A stretch of DNA of 62,139 bases, counting the filler. It is 4 parts of 4 records of this genome, joined end to end, with 100 filler letters (N's around TTAATTAATTAA, not from the genome) between each part and the next. Parts side by side here need not be neighbours in the genome. Positions count along the whole stretch, not along the records: positions 40,757 to 56,116 come from SRR31156797_13539; positions 56,217 to 62,139 come from SRR31156797_13557; 2 more parts are not named here. The stretch is one strand, 5' to 3'. This document shows, one piece after another, positions 46,298 through 56,359 of this stretch; positions within the stretch are counted from its first letter, which is position 1; each line of letters begins with the position of its first letter. The notes beneath the pieces were generated by a model. The model worked only from the letters and a program-made list of their open reading frames with translations, was not told the origin of the DNA and searched no databases. The translations under genes were made by a program, and so were the position numbers.

Positions 46298-48253
46298 ATG
46301 GATTTATCAATTATTATAGTTAATTACAACGTTAAGCACTTCTTAGAGCAATGTCTACATTCAGTGCAAAAGGCCATAAAAAATATTAAGGCCGAAGTAT
46401 TTGTAGTTGACAATAATTCTGTTGATGGATCGGCTCAATTGATTACTGAAAAATTTCCAGAGGTTCTTTTTATTGAGAACAAAGAAAATATTGGTTTTTC
46501 AAGGGCCAACAACCAGGCAATAAAACAAGCAAGAGGCGAATATATACTCTTGTTAAATCCCGACACGGTTGTGGAAGAAGATACTTTTGAGAAAGTAATT
46601 TCTTTTATGAGATCTCATCCTGAAGCAGGAGGATTGGGTGTTAAAATGATTGATGGAAAGGGTGTTTTCCTTCCTGAATCAAAACGCGGACTACCAACGC
46701 CCTGGGTCGCCTTTTATAAAATGTTTGGTTTGTCTAAACTTTTCCCCCAGTCAAAAAAATTTGGAAAATACCACCTCTCTTTCCTTGGTTCTGATAAAAT
46801 AAATGAGATAGATGTACTTGCCGGGGCATTTATGTTAATGCGGAAAACCGTACTCGATAAGGTAGGATTGCTTGATGAAACTTTTTTTATGTACGGAGAG
46901 GATATTGACCTGTCATACCGGATTCAGTTGGGTGGATTTAAGAACTATTACTTCCCTGAAACCACCATCATTCACTACAAAGGAGAAAGTACAAAAAAAG
47001 GCTCCTTAAATTATGTGAAGGTGTTTTACAATGCCATGATCATTTTTGCAAAAAAGCATTTTCCGGGAAGCAAAGCCGGAGTATTCTCTATATTGATTCA
47101 TTTGGCCATTTACTTCAGAGCTTTTCTTTCCATATCAAAACGTATTTTTCAAAAGATATCTCTACCCTTAATTGATGCATTAATCATTTTTGTCGGGTTC
47201 TATTTTATTACACCTATTTGGGAACAATTACGATTTGGAATGCCCGACTATTATCCTCCCGAATTTATTAGAACTATTGTACCCGTGTACATTTTGTTTT
47301 TTTTACTGGGAATACTTTTATCGGGTGGATACAAAAAACCCGTAATCTTATATAAACTTGGCAGAGGAATTATTTGGGGCCTGGTATCCTTATTGTTGGC
47401 TTACTCGTTGGTTGACGAAAGCTATCGTTTTTCACGTGCACTAATTTTATTTGGGACTCTTTGGTCGGGAATTGCATTATTACTGTTCCGACTAGCCGGA
47501 CACTGGTTAAAAATTGACAGTTTCCGGCTTGATATCCAACGCACCTGCAAAATAGCGATTGTTGGACACTCAACCGAAGCTCAACGCGTTAAACAACTTT
47601 TGGAAGAAACACAAATACGCTCCCAATTGGCTGGTTTTATTGCACTCGACCAGAACGACAAAGGGCAAAACTATATGGGAGAATTAACTCAGCTAGAAGA
47701 AATTATCCGAATTAACCGGATCGACGAGATTATATTTTGTGCAGAAAATATCAGCTCTACTGCCATTATTAAGGCGATGCTCGATTTAAGTCGGTTGAAC
47801 ATTGATTACAAGATTGCGCCTCCGGAAAGTGCAAGCATAATTGGGAGCAACTCAATCCATACGGCTGGTGATTTATATGTCGTTAACCTAAATGCAATTT
47901 CAAAAACATCAAACAAAAGAAAAAAGCGGATATTTGATGTGGTACTCTCCCTTGTTACCATAATTTTCAGTTTTCTTCTTATTTGGTTCTATCAGAAAAA
48001 AGGAAAATTTTTGAACAACAGCTTTAAAGTACTTTTAGGTCAGAGAACTTGGATTGGTTACATTAACTCAAGAGAACCAGAAAACAATCTGCCGGTATTA
48101 AAAAAAGGCATTTTAAATCCCGGAGACTTATTCCCGGAGATTCAGATGGACCTGGAGAAATCCTTACAATTGAATATGGTTTATGCCAAAGACTATAGTT
48201 TGCTTTACGACACAGAACTGTTTTTTAAGTGCTGGAAAAAACTGGACAGATAA
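46298..48253 (+). CDS. GT2 glycosyltransferase fused to TM and Rossmann-like (CoA-binding-like) domains
   Basis: SIIIVNYN, VDNNSVDGS, LLNPDT, FFMYGEDID; TM block; IAIVG; TACATTTG -7 element at 46204. Confidence 0.88.
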   Translation: MDLSIIIVNYNVKHFLEQCLHSVQKAIKNIKAEVFVVDNNSVDGSAQLITEKFPEVLFIENKENIGFSRANNQAIKQARGEYILLLNPDTVVEEDTFEKVISFMRSHPEAGGLGVKMIDGKGVFLPESKRGLPTPWVAFYKMFGLSKLFPQSKKFGKYHLSFLGSDKINEIDVLAGAFMLMRKTVLDKVGLLDETFFMYGEDIDLSYRIQLGGFKNYYFPETTIIHYKGESTKKGSLNYVKVFYNAMIIFAKKHFPGSKAGVFSILIHLAIYFRAFLSISKRIFQKISLPLIDALIIFVGFYFITPIWEQLRFGMPDYYPPEFIRTIVPVYILFFLLGILLSGGYKKPVILYKLGRGIIWGLVSLLLAYSLVDESYRFSRALILFGTLWSGIALLLFRLAGHWLKIDSFRLDIQRTCKIAIVGHSTEAQRVKQLLEETQIRSQLAGFIALDQNDKGQNYMGELTQLEEIIRINRIDEIIFCAENISSTAIIKAMLDLSRLNIDYKIAPPESASIIGSNSIHTAGDLYVVNLNAISKTSNKRKKRIFDVVLSLVTIIFSFLLIWFYQKKGKFLNNSFKVLLGQRTWIGYINSREPENNLPVLKKGILNPGDLFPEIQMDLEKSLQLNMVYAKDYSLLYDTELFFKCWKKLDR

Positions 48254-48777
48254 TGGAACATCAATTACAATACGGAGATATTAGTCTGCGTCCGCTGGAA
48301 CCGGAAGACATTGATATGCTTTACCAATGGGAAAACGACATGGCTATATGGGAAGTAAGTAATACCAAAACACCGTTTTCAAAACATGTTTTAGCACAAT
48401 ACTTACAGGTTGCCACTAAAGATATCTACGAAATAAAACAATTGCGTCTGATTATCCAGAACAAAAGCGGCAGAGCGGTAGGAGCTATCGACCTTTTTGA
48501 TTTCGAACCTTATCACCAACGGGCAGGTGTGGGTATACTCATTCATAAAACGGAAGACAGGAATAGAGGATATGCCAGCGATACGTTGCATGCAATTTCA
48601 AATTATGCCTGCAAAGTGTTGGGACTACGGCAACTTTATGCCAATATAACCTCAGATAATACAGCCAGCATCAAACTTTTCAGCAAATGTGGTTTTTCTG
48701 AATCCGGGATAAAAAAAGAATGGATAAAAACCTTTTCGGGCTGGAAAGATGAGATAATCTTTCAAAAAATACTCTAA
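48253..48777 (+). CDS. GNAT N-acetyltransferase (RimJ/RimL-like)
   Basis: LRPLEPED, RAGVGILI, RNRGYA, NTASIKLFSKCGF; ATG overlaps the upstream stop. Confidence 0.88.
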   Translation: MEHQLQYGDISLRPLEPEDIDMLYQWENDMAIWEVSNTKTPFSKHVLAQYLQVATKDIYEIKQLRLIIQNKSGRAVGAIDLFDFEPYHQRAGVGILIHKTEDRNRGYASDTLHAISNYACKVLGLRQLYANITSDNTASIKLFSKCGFSESGIKKEWIKTFSGWKDEIIFQKIL

Positions 48778-49256
48778 CTAAATCCCTGACCTTCGTAATC
48801 GATCCTACAACGCTCGCAAAACTCCGGAATTTCAGGTAAAAACGAATAAGAATTATTGGGGTAGTCCACCTCGCATGCAAAATGTTGCATACCGTTCGAA
48901 ACCACTACCCTTTCAACACGTAAAGCCATGTTATACCGAACGACCTGGTCGAAGGTAGCTTGCGATATTTTTACATTTGGTGCTTTAAACTCAGCAATCA
49001 GCAGTGGCTGACCGTTTTTTAAATACATAAGCAAATCGAAGCGACGTTGTTTACCATTTACCACTATTTGTTTTTCAACCGCCATCAACGATTCAGGATA
49101 TTTCTTCTCTTTAACCAGGTACTGGATAAAGTTTTGACGCACCCATTCTTCAGGTGTTAAAACCACAAACTTTTTTCTGATCCGGTCAAAGATCATTAGC
49201 TTTCCATCTTCTTTTTTTGTTCGGAACGCATATTCAGGAAGATTTAGCTTTTCCAT
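48774..49256 (-). CDS. stand-alone HsdR N-terminal-like (PD-(D/E)xK) domain protein
   Basis: LTPEEWVRQ, AVEK, RFD, IAEFKAP, QVVRYN, SNG. Confidence 0.85.
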   Translation of the reverse strand: MEKLNLPEYAFRTKKEDGKLMIFDRIRKKFVVLTPEEWVRQNFIQYLVKEKKYPESLMAVEKQIVVNGKQRRFDLLMYLKNGQPLLIAEFKAPNVKISQATFDQVVRYNMALRVERVVVSNGMQHFACEVDYPNNSYSFLPEIPEFCERCRIDYEGQGFS

Positions 49257-49371
49257 ATTCTTACAATAACTTATTAACTCATTTTGGCTGGCGACACTGA
49301 AAAATGTACATTTGTGTTCACCTTAAAACCAAAGGCGGATCTATTTGTTCAAAGGTAGAATATTTCAGCAT

Positions 49372-50142
49372 ATGAAGACAAAAAAAGACATTGTAGACAA
49401 TTGGCTACCGCGCTATACAGGTAAAAAACTCGAAGAGTTTGGGAAACACATCCTATTAACCAATTTTCAGGACTATGTGGAACGTTTTGCCCGAAAATTT
49501 GAAGTTCCTGTGGATGGAACAGACAAAAACATGCCAACTGCAACGGCAGAAGGAATTACCATTATAAATTTTGGAATGGGCAGCCCCAATGCTGCTACCA
49601 TAATGGACTTACTAAGTGCTATTCATCCGAAATCGGTATTATTCCTGGGAAAATGTGGAGGACTAAAAAGAAAAAATCAATTGGGTGATCTTATTTTACC
49701 AATTGCAGCCATTCGCAGCGATGGTACTTCTGATGACTACCTTCCACCTGAAGTGCCAGCCTTACCCGCTTTTAACCTGCAGCGTGCAGTATCGCATATT
49801 TTACGTAATTCGGAACAGGACTACTGGACTGGTGTGGTATTAACCACCAACCGACGGGTTTGGGAATACGACGACCGCTTTAAAAAATACCTAAAAAAAA
49901 CACGGGCAATGGCAATTGACATGGAAACCGCAACCTTATTTACAGTAGGTTTTGCCAACCAAATTCCAACCGGAGTATTGTTGCTTGTTTCTGATCAACC
50001 CATGATCTCTACCGGAGTAAAAACAGAGGCCAGTGATAAAAAAGTTTCGTCGGAATATGTTGAACGTCATATCCAAGCAGGAATTGATGCCTTACTTGAA
50101 ATAAAAAACAATGGTTTATCAGTAAAACACCTAAGGTTTTAG
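49372..50142 (+). CDS. amn: AMP nucleosidase (short Bacteroidota type)
   Basis: NWLPRYTG, FGMGSPNAATIMDLL, GKCGGL, NRRVWE, DMETAT. Confidence 0.93.
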   Translation: MKTKKDIVDNWLPRYTGKKLEEFGKHILLTNFQDYVERFARKFEVPVDGTDKNMPTATAEGITIINFGMGSPNAATIMDLLSAIHPKSVLFLGKCGGLKRKNQLGDLILPIAAIRSDGTSDDYLPPEVPALPAFNLQRAVSHILRNSEQDYWTGVVLTTNRRVWEYDDRFKKYLKKTRAMAIDMETATLFTVGFANQIPTGVLLLVSDQPMISTGVKTEASDKKVSSEYVERHIQAGIDALLEIKNNGLSVKHLRF

Positions 50143-50143
50143 A

Positions 50144-51145
50144 ATGGATTACACCGATATACTTCAAAACTTAAAAAGAGGAATTTACCACCCCATTTAT
50201 TTGCTACAGGGTGAAGAGGCCTATTTTATTGACCAAATTTCGGAATACATTGAAAACAACGTGCTTACCGATGCAGAAAAAGGTTTTAACCAAACTATTT
50301 TCTATGGAAAGGATTCGGATGCTGTGAATATAGCAGAGGCAGCTATGCGTTTCCCGATGATGGCCAGCAAACAGGTTATAATTGTAAAAGAAGCACAGAG
50401 TTTAAACAAGATAGATACCTTAACCTCTTATGCTGAGAAACCGTTGGAGTCAACTATTTTAGTGTTGGCTTACAAATATAAAAACCTGGATGCACGAACC
50501 AAGTTATCAAAAGCGATAAAGAAAAACGGGGTACTATTTACTTCAAAAAAATTGTACGAAAACAAAATACCGGCCTGGATTGATGGTTACCTGAAGAACC
50601 ATAATTACGCAATTACTCCACAGGCAGCTATGTTGCTCACTTCAAACCTGGGCACCGACCTGAACAAAATTGCCAACGAACTGGAGAAGTTAGTAATTGC
50701 AGTTAAGGATACTAACAAAATTACTCCGGAACACATTGAACAAAATATTGGACTCAGCAAAGACTTTAATGTGATGGAGCTCACCAACGCTTTAGGTGAA
50801 AAGAATGTTTTGAAAGCCAATAAAATTATCCGGTATTTTGCGGCCAATCCAACCCCAAACCCAATTCAAAAAACGGTTGCCGGTTTGTATTTCTATTTTT
50901 CAAAATTATTCACCTATCATTTCTTAAAAGATAAATCGGAACGAAGCGTAGCTGCTGAATTGCGTGTACATCCTTTTTTTGTTAAAGAATATATGGCAGC
51001 GGCCAAACGTTACTCACCCACAAAACTTTATGAAATAATGGGTATTTTACGCGAATACGATATGAAAAGCAAAGGCTTTAATGTTTCTACTTTGGTAGAC
51101 AGTGGCGAGTTGCAAAAAGAAATGATTTATAAAATTCTACATTAG
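50144..51145 (+). CDS. holA: DNA polymerase III subunit delta
   Basis: IYLLQGEEAYFID, FPMM...VIIVKEAQ, NELEKL, IGLSKDFN. Confidence 0.93.
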   Translation: MDYTDILQNLKRGIYHPIYLLQGEEAYFIDQISEYIENNVLTDAEKGFNQTIFYGKDSDAVNIAEAAMRFPMMASKQVIIVKEAQSLNKIDTLTSYAEKPLESTILVLAYKYKNLDARTKLSKAIKKNGVLFTSKKLYENKIPAWIDGYLKNHNYAITPQAAMLLTSNLGTDLNKIANELEKLVIAVKDTNKITPEHIEQNIGLSKDFNVMELTNALGEKNVLKANKIIRYFAANPTPNPIQKTVAGLYFYFSKLFTYHFLKDKSERSVAAELRVHPFFVKEYMAAAKRYSPTKLYEIMGILREYDMKSKGFNVSTLVDSGELQKEMIYKILH

Positions 51146-51757
51146 ATGATAGTTTGGTTTATTATTGGTATTACAGCAGTTATTTCGTACCTGGCATTTC
51201 AGAATCCGGAATTATCGTCGAAACTGCAATTTAATGCGGCACACATTATCCACCGAAAGGAATACTACCGCCTGGTGTCGCATGCTTTTATACATGCCAA
51301 CTGGGCACACCTTGGCGTAAATATGCTGGTACTTTATTTTTTTGGAAGAAATGCACATGCCTATTTCAGTTATATTTTTGGAAATAAGGGAACAGCCTAT
51401 TTTCTAATTCTATACTTTGGAGGAATTCTGGCATCAAATATCTGGAGTTTAATCAAACACAAAAACAATTATTATTATAATGCAGTAGGAGCTTCTGGAG
51501 CGGTATCTGCGGTTCTGTTTGCAACCATTTTCTTTCAACCCTGGGAGCCCCTTTATTTATTTGCGGTATTACCCATTCCCGGAATATTGTTCGCAGTTGG
51601 ATATCTTTTTTATTCGTACCAAATGAGCAAAAAGAAAACCGACAACGTAGCGCACGATGCCCATTTTTTAGGTGCTGTTTTTGGTTTTGTTTTCCCGATT
51701 CTGCTAAGACCAGACCTTTTCGACAACTTTATCGCTAACTTGTTTTCGTTTTTATAG
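51146..51757 (+). CDS. rhomboid intramembrane serine protease
   Basis: FIHANWAHLGVNM, GASG, AHDAHFLG. Confidence 0.93.
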   Translation: MIVWFIIGITAVISYLAFQNPELSSKLQFNAAHIIHRKEYYRLVSHAFIHANWAHLGVNMLVLYFFGRNAHAYFSYIFGNKGTAYFLILYFGGILASNIWSLIKHKNNYYYNAVGASGAVSAVLFATIFFQPWEPLYLFAVLPIPGILFAVGYLFYSYQMSKKKTDNVAHDAHFLGAVFGFVFPILLRPDLFDNFIANLFSFL

Positions 51758-51759
51758 AA

Positions 51760-52584
51760 ATGAATTACGTAGTCGTAAACGGAGAAGTTCTACCAAAAAA
51801 GAAGGTTAATCTTTCTTCTTTTCTCTGGGAAGACATATTTATCCTATCAGGCAAAGTTTGGTATGGCTACGGAGGAATACCTCTTTTTTCTGAAAATCTT
51901 GAAGATTTGCATCAGCAACTGAATGCCCTGGGATATAATGCTCCTGCTTACTTACAGAATAAACGGGAGCTATTTCGATTGAGCAAACGCATGTTGAATA
52001 AGAATAAATTTTTCCGTTCCGGCCTCATTACCATTCGTGTTTTTGTTTCAGATAAAAATATAAACACATTGATTACCTCTAATGCTTTTGAGAATTTTGA
52101 TTTTCCAATAAATGAACAAGGTTTACTTACAGAGATATCTGAACAAAAAAAAGAAACTGCTTACGAGCCAATTCCTATAATTAATGAACAAATCTTTCGC
52201 AAAACGGCAAATAATAATAACAAACAAAACGAATTTCATGAAGCAATAATATTGAATCGAAATAATAAAATTTGTGAGGGTACTTCGGGTAATATTTTTA
52301 TGATTCGAGACAATGTTTTGCTAACCCCATCAACAGAGACAGGTTGCATTAAAGATACATTAAGGCCAATAATCTTACAACTTGCCAAACAATTGAATCT
52401 GAAAACGATAGAGTCTGAAGAGCTAGCACCAGAACAATTGTTACAAATGGATGAGGTATTTTTTATTTCTGAAGAATATGGGATACAATGGATAATGGGC
52501 ATTGGCCAACGCAGATTTGTTCATCAGGTATCAGATAAACTCCATCAACAACTCAATAATTATCTGAAAGATAAGGTAAACTAA
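51760..52584 (+). CDS. aminotransferase class IV-fold protein (apparently degenerate)
   Basis: EAIILN...ICEGTSGNIF, LTPS..GC, MDEVF; PLP lysine not evident. Confidence 0.75.
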   Translation: MNYVVVNGEVLPKKKVNLSSFLWEDIFILSGKVWYGYGGIPLFSENLEDLHQQLNALGYNAPAYLQNKRELFRLSKRMLNKNKFFRSGLITIRVFVSDKNINTLITSNAFENFDFPINEQGLLTEISEQKKETAYEPIPIINEQIFRKTANNNNKQNEFHEAIILNRNNKICEGTSGNIFMIRDNVLLTPSTETGCIKDTLRPIILQLAKQLNLKTIESEELAPEQLLQMDEVFFISEEYGIQWIMGIGQRRFVHQVSDKLHQQLNNYLKDKVN

Positions 52585-52619
52585 TCGGAAAATATTTCAG
52601 AGTCAGTTTAAACTTTGAA

Positions 52620-53210
52620 CTAATTAAGCGACGGATTTTCAGGAAAATTTTTCCATACAGAATAACGGGCACCTGCTTTTTTTACAAAATCGTACCACGA
52701 TGCTTCATCCAGATCACTCATTACAACATCCTGATCGACATCGGTAACCAACCACGAGTCTTCTTTTAATTCGCCTTCAAGCTGGCCACCATCCCAACCT
52801 GAATACCCCAAAAAAAAACGAATTTCAGAAGGTTCGATAGTCCCTTCTTTAATATCGTGCTTAAGCACATCAAAATCGCCCCCCCAATATAAATCACCGA
52901 TTACATGAATGCTTCCAGGTAATTTTTTACCCAGTTTATGAATAAAGTATATTGAGTCGGTTGCCACAGGCCCCCCCAGGTACACATCGGCGTTAAAATC
53001 AGGAAAGTCGGGAAATACATCCTGTACCGGAAAATCGACCTTCTTATTCAAAATAAATCCAACAGCCCCCTTATCACTATGAGCCACTAAAAACACCACC
53101 GATCGATTAAAATAATTACCCGATAAAAATGGTTCTGCAATCAACACCCGCCCTTTTTGCGGTGAAATATTGTTAGTCTTTATTTTAAATATGTCCAGAT
53201 TTTCGCTCAT
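52620..53210 (-). CDS. YqgE/AlgH (UPF0301) family protein
   Basis: LIAEP, FNRSVV, GFILNK, LGGPV, FLGYSGWDGGQLEGE, PENPSLN. Confidence 0.92.
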   Translation of the reverse strand: MSENLDIFKIKTNNISPQKGRVLIAEPFLSGNYFNRSVVFLVAHSDKGAVGFILNKKVDFPVQDVFPDFPDFNADVYLGGPVATDSIYFIHKLGKKLPGSIHVIGDLYWGGDFDVLKHDIKEGTIEPSEIRFFLGYSGWDGGQLEGELKEDSWLVTDVDQDVVMSDLDEASWYDFVKKAGARYSVWKNFPENPSLN

Positions 53211-53324
53211 TCCACAAGCAATATATGAAAATTATGTTGCCAATCAAAAAAGCAATCGCATTGTTAATATTTAGTAACGGATTTATTAACGGAATGTTTT
53301 AGTGCAAGCAGATGCGCTTTTGTT

Positions 53325-53639
53325 TTAGTCCTGCTCTTCCTCAACTACCACAAAAACATCTTCATCGGGTTTCGACATATAGTATTGTTCCCTGGCAAAC
53401 TTCTCCAACTCTTCTTTCCCTTTGTTCAAGTCTTCCAGTTTTTGCTTATCAGTGATTATTCTTTCCTGAAGATTTTGTTTCTGTTGTTTAAGATCGCTAA
53501 GCTGTTGTTTACTTTCCATATGAGATACAATACTGTTCTCATCAAAGAAGATAATCCATACAGCAAATAAAACAAAGGCAATAACAAACTTATTACCAAT
53601 GGTTTTAAAAAGTCCTGTTTGTAAAATTCCCTTCTTCAT
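53325..53639 (-). CDS. septum formation initiator (FtsB/DivIC family)
   Basis: TM-FFDENS, coiled coil, LEKFAREQYYM...ED; ATG 53639. Confidence 0.85.
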   Translation of the reverse strand: MKKGILQTGLFKTIGNKFVIAFVLFAVWIIFFDENSIVSHMESKQQLSDLKQQKQNLQERIITDKQKLEDLNKGKEELEKFAREQYYMSKPDEDVFVVVEEEQD

Positions 53640-53680
53640 AGTTCCCAAATATTGTACAAAAGTAGGATTATAGTTGATCA

Positions 53681-53716
53681 AAAAAAAGAGGAACTGAATA
53701 AATTCAATCCCTCTTT
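53681..53716 (-). terminator. intrinsic terminator after pruA
   Basis: Imperfect hairpin AAAGAGG...CCTCTTT with U-tract on the minus strand. Confidence 0.6.
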
Positions 53717-53737
53717 ATAAACAGTTTAACTTTTATA

Positions 53738-55375
53738 TTACTCATTATCCGGAGCAAAATTCGGATAGGTGTAATTCACTGGTGGGACAAATGTTTCTTT
53801 TATCGTTCTGATCGATGTCCAACGCAGGAAGTTAAAAATTGATCCTGCTTTATCATCGGTACCCGAACCACGCGATCCTCCAAAGGGTTGTTGACCAACA
53901 ACTGCACCTGTTGGTTTATCGTTGATGTAAAAGTTACCCGCTGAGTTTTCCAGACGTTTGGTAATCTTTTCAATATTATACCGGCATTGCGAGAACACTG
54001 CACCTGTTAATGCATACATTGAAGTTTTGTCAAGAATATCCAATGTCGCGTCCATTTCTTCGTCATCGTAAACATAAATGGTAAGCACAGGTCCAAACAA
54101 TTCTTCTTCCATGGTAATGTAATCGGGCTTTTTAGCCAGAATAACAGTTGGCTCGATAAAATAACCTACTGATTTATCACAGTTACCTCCAAAAATCACT
54201 TCAGCATCCTCATCTTCTTTTGCACGATCAATAAAACCTTTTAATTTATCAAAAGCAGATTCGTCGATTACTGCATTAACAAAGTTTGTAAAATCTTCAG
54301 GTGGCCCCATTTTTACGGTAGCCAATTCGGCTCCAAAGATTTCTTTTACTTCAGCCCAAATACTTTCAGGAATATATACACGCGATGCAGCAGAACATTT
54401 TTGTCCCTGGTATTCAAAAGAACCACGTAGCATCGCAATGGCCAGTTCGCGCGGTTTTGTGGTATTATCGGCAAAAATGAAATCTTTACCTCCTGTTTCA
54501 CCAACAATACGAGGATAAGATTTGTATTTATAAATATTCTCGCCAATTGTTTTCCATACACTCTGAAATACAGCTGTAGATCCGGTAAAGTGAATTCCGG
54601 CAAAATCAGGATGTGTTAATACAACATCGGCAACTACCGGTCCGGAACCATAAATCAGGTTAATAACACCATCAGGCAAACCTGCTTCTTTAAAGATTTC
54701 CATAATAACTCCGGCAGAATAAACTGCTGTTTTAGAAGGTTTCCATACGGCCACATTCCCCATTAAGGCAGGAGCTGCTGGCAGATTACCGGCAATTGAA
54801 GTAAAGTTAAATGGAGTAAGCGCAAAAATAAAACCCTCCAACGGACGATACTCGTTATAATTCCACATTCCATTTGCCGATTCTGGCTGGATTTTATATA
54901 TATCAGTCATTACCTGAACTCCAAAACGGAAAAAGTCGGCTAACTCACAGGCAGCATCTATTTCTGACTGGAAAGCATTTTTTGATTGCCCCAACATCGT
55001 TGCTGCATTAATTTTTGAACGATAAGGTCCGGCTAATAGATCTGCAGCTTTTAAAAAGATGGAAGCGCGATGTTGCCACGACATATTTGCCCAACGTTCT
55101 CGGGCTTCCAATGCTGCATCAATGGCCATTTCAACATGACTTGCATCACCCTGATTATAATAACCCAAGGTATGTTCAATTTCGTGAGGAGGAAACATGC
55201 GCACCTTTCTGTCTGTAAATACATCTTTCCCCCCAATTACCATTGGCTGATCTATTTCTTCAGAACGTAATTCGGCAATTTTCCCTTGCAATTCTTTTCT
55301 TTCCGGACTTCCCGGAACATAACTTAAAATCGGTTCGTTTTTTGCAACCGGTACATTAAAAATTCCTTTTGGCAT
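53738..55375 (-). CDS. pruA: L-glutamate gamma-semialdehyde (P5C) dehydrogenase
   Basis: PFNFT, FTGST, GETGGKD, EYQGQKCSA, EELFGPV, QPFGGSR. Confidence 0.95.
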   Translation of the reverse strand: MPKGIFNVPVAKNEPILSYVPGSPERKELQGKIAELRSEEIDQPMVIGGKDVFTDRKVRMFPPHEIEHTLGYYNQGDASHVEMAIDAALEARERWANMSWQHRASIFLKAADLLAGPYRSKINAATMLGQSKNAFQSEIDAACELADFFRFGVQVMTDIYKIQPESANGMWNYNEYRPLEGFIFALTPFNFTSIAGNLPAAPALMGNVAVWKPSKTAVYSAGVIMEIFKEAGLPDGVINLIYGSGPVVADVVLTHPDFAGIHFTGSTAVFQSVWKTIGENIYKYKSYPRIVGETGGKDFIFADNTTKPRELAIAMLRGSFEYQGQKCSAASRVYIPESIWAEVKEIFGAELATVKMGPPEDFTNFVNAVIDESAFDKLKGFIDRAKEDEDAEVIFGGNCDKSVGYFIEPTVILAKKPDYITMEEELFGPVLTIYVYDDEEMDATLDILDKTSMYALTGAVFSQCRYNIEKITKRLENSAGNFYINDKPTGAVVGQQPFGGSRGSGTDDKAGSIFNFLRWTSIRTIKETFVPPVNYTYPNFAPDNE

Positions 55376-55629
55376 GATTATATAATTTACTATTCGTATT
55401 TATTCTAAGCATTTTTACAAATCTAAAGAATCACATCTACCAAAAGCATAACAAAAATCAGTACAATAAAAAAAGGACCCTCAACAAAGCACTGGATACC
55501 AAACAAATACAGCGTCGCATTTTTAAAACAAAACAAAAATCAGCTTTTCAGATTCCCATTTTGATAATATTTCATTGAAAAAATGCCTGAATTGACGAGT
55601 CGTAAGCCTTTTTTAATATTTTTACATTA

Positions 55630-56116
55630 TTGTTAAAGAGGGTAGTTAACATATTAACCGAAAAGTTTTGGGCTGCAAAAGAGGGAAGCGAACAAAAGCA
55701 GCTTTTTCAGCTTCTTTTAATTTGGGGAGTAGTTGGTGTATTATCAATTGTACTGGTAATACGAAAATTAATCTTTCCGGAGTTAGAAAGTTGCCTGATA
55801 TGTGATGTTTTATTGTTAGCCATTTCAGTAATGGCTGTAATGTGTACATTAAATGCACGAACAGGCTGTGCAGTTAATGCCATTTTTTCGGTTCCGGTTT
55901 TTGTTTACGCCTACTATATTTCAGATTTAAACCAGCACATGCCACTTATGGAAACCATCCATCAGTCGGCCTGGTGGTTAATGTTTGGGTTGGTTTTTCT
56001 TTACTACTATTCGATGTTGGAAACCCGGATCATTGTATACTTTTTTCTTTCATTATCGCTTTTATTTTTCCAACTCTACAAAGCCGACCACCTTAACGAT
56101 ACTTTTACCTATTTTT
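55630..56116 (+). CDS. multi-TM membrane protein (3' truncated; possibly a sensor N-terminus)
   Basis: About five hydrophobic segments; runs into the spacer; start uncertain. Confidence 0.6.
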
Positions 56117-56216
56117 NNNNNNNNNNNNNNNNNNNNNNNNNNNNNNNNNNNNNNNNNNNNTTAATTAATTAANNNNNNNNNNNNNNNNNNNNNNNNNNNN
56201 NNNNNNNNNNNNNNNN
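56117..56216. other. artificial contig spacer
   Basis: N runs flanking TTAATTAATTAA. Confidence 0.98.
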
Positions 56217-56356
56217 TCAAAAAAATAGACAATAAGGAGATCAAAAGTCCGGATGATGCCTTTGCCTTCTACAACCGGCTCAAATCCGGCGCCGAGCTTT
56301 CGCTGGAAATCAACCGTGGCAGTGACACCAAAACCCTCAATTACCGTTTTGAATAG
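56217..56356 (+). CDS. gspC: C-terminal PDZ fragment of T2SS protein GspC (5' truncated; not in ORF track)
   Basis: KKIDNKEIKSPDDAFAFYNRLKSGAELSLEINRGSDTKTLNYRFE*; directly upstream of exeA and gspD. Confidence 0.75.
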
Positions 56357-56359
56357 ACC

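Noticed and set aside
48774-49256. HsdR N-terminal-like gene as a restriction or defence system
   Set aside because: No hsdM, hsdS or helicase domain; stand-alone gene beside amn-holA in a housekeeping context.
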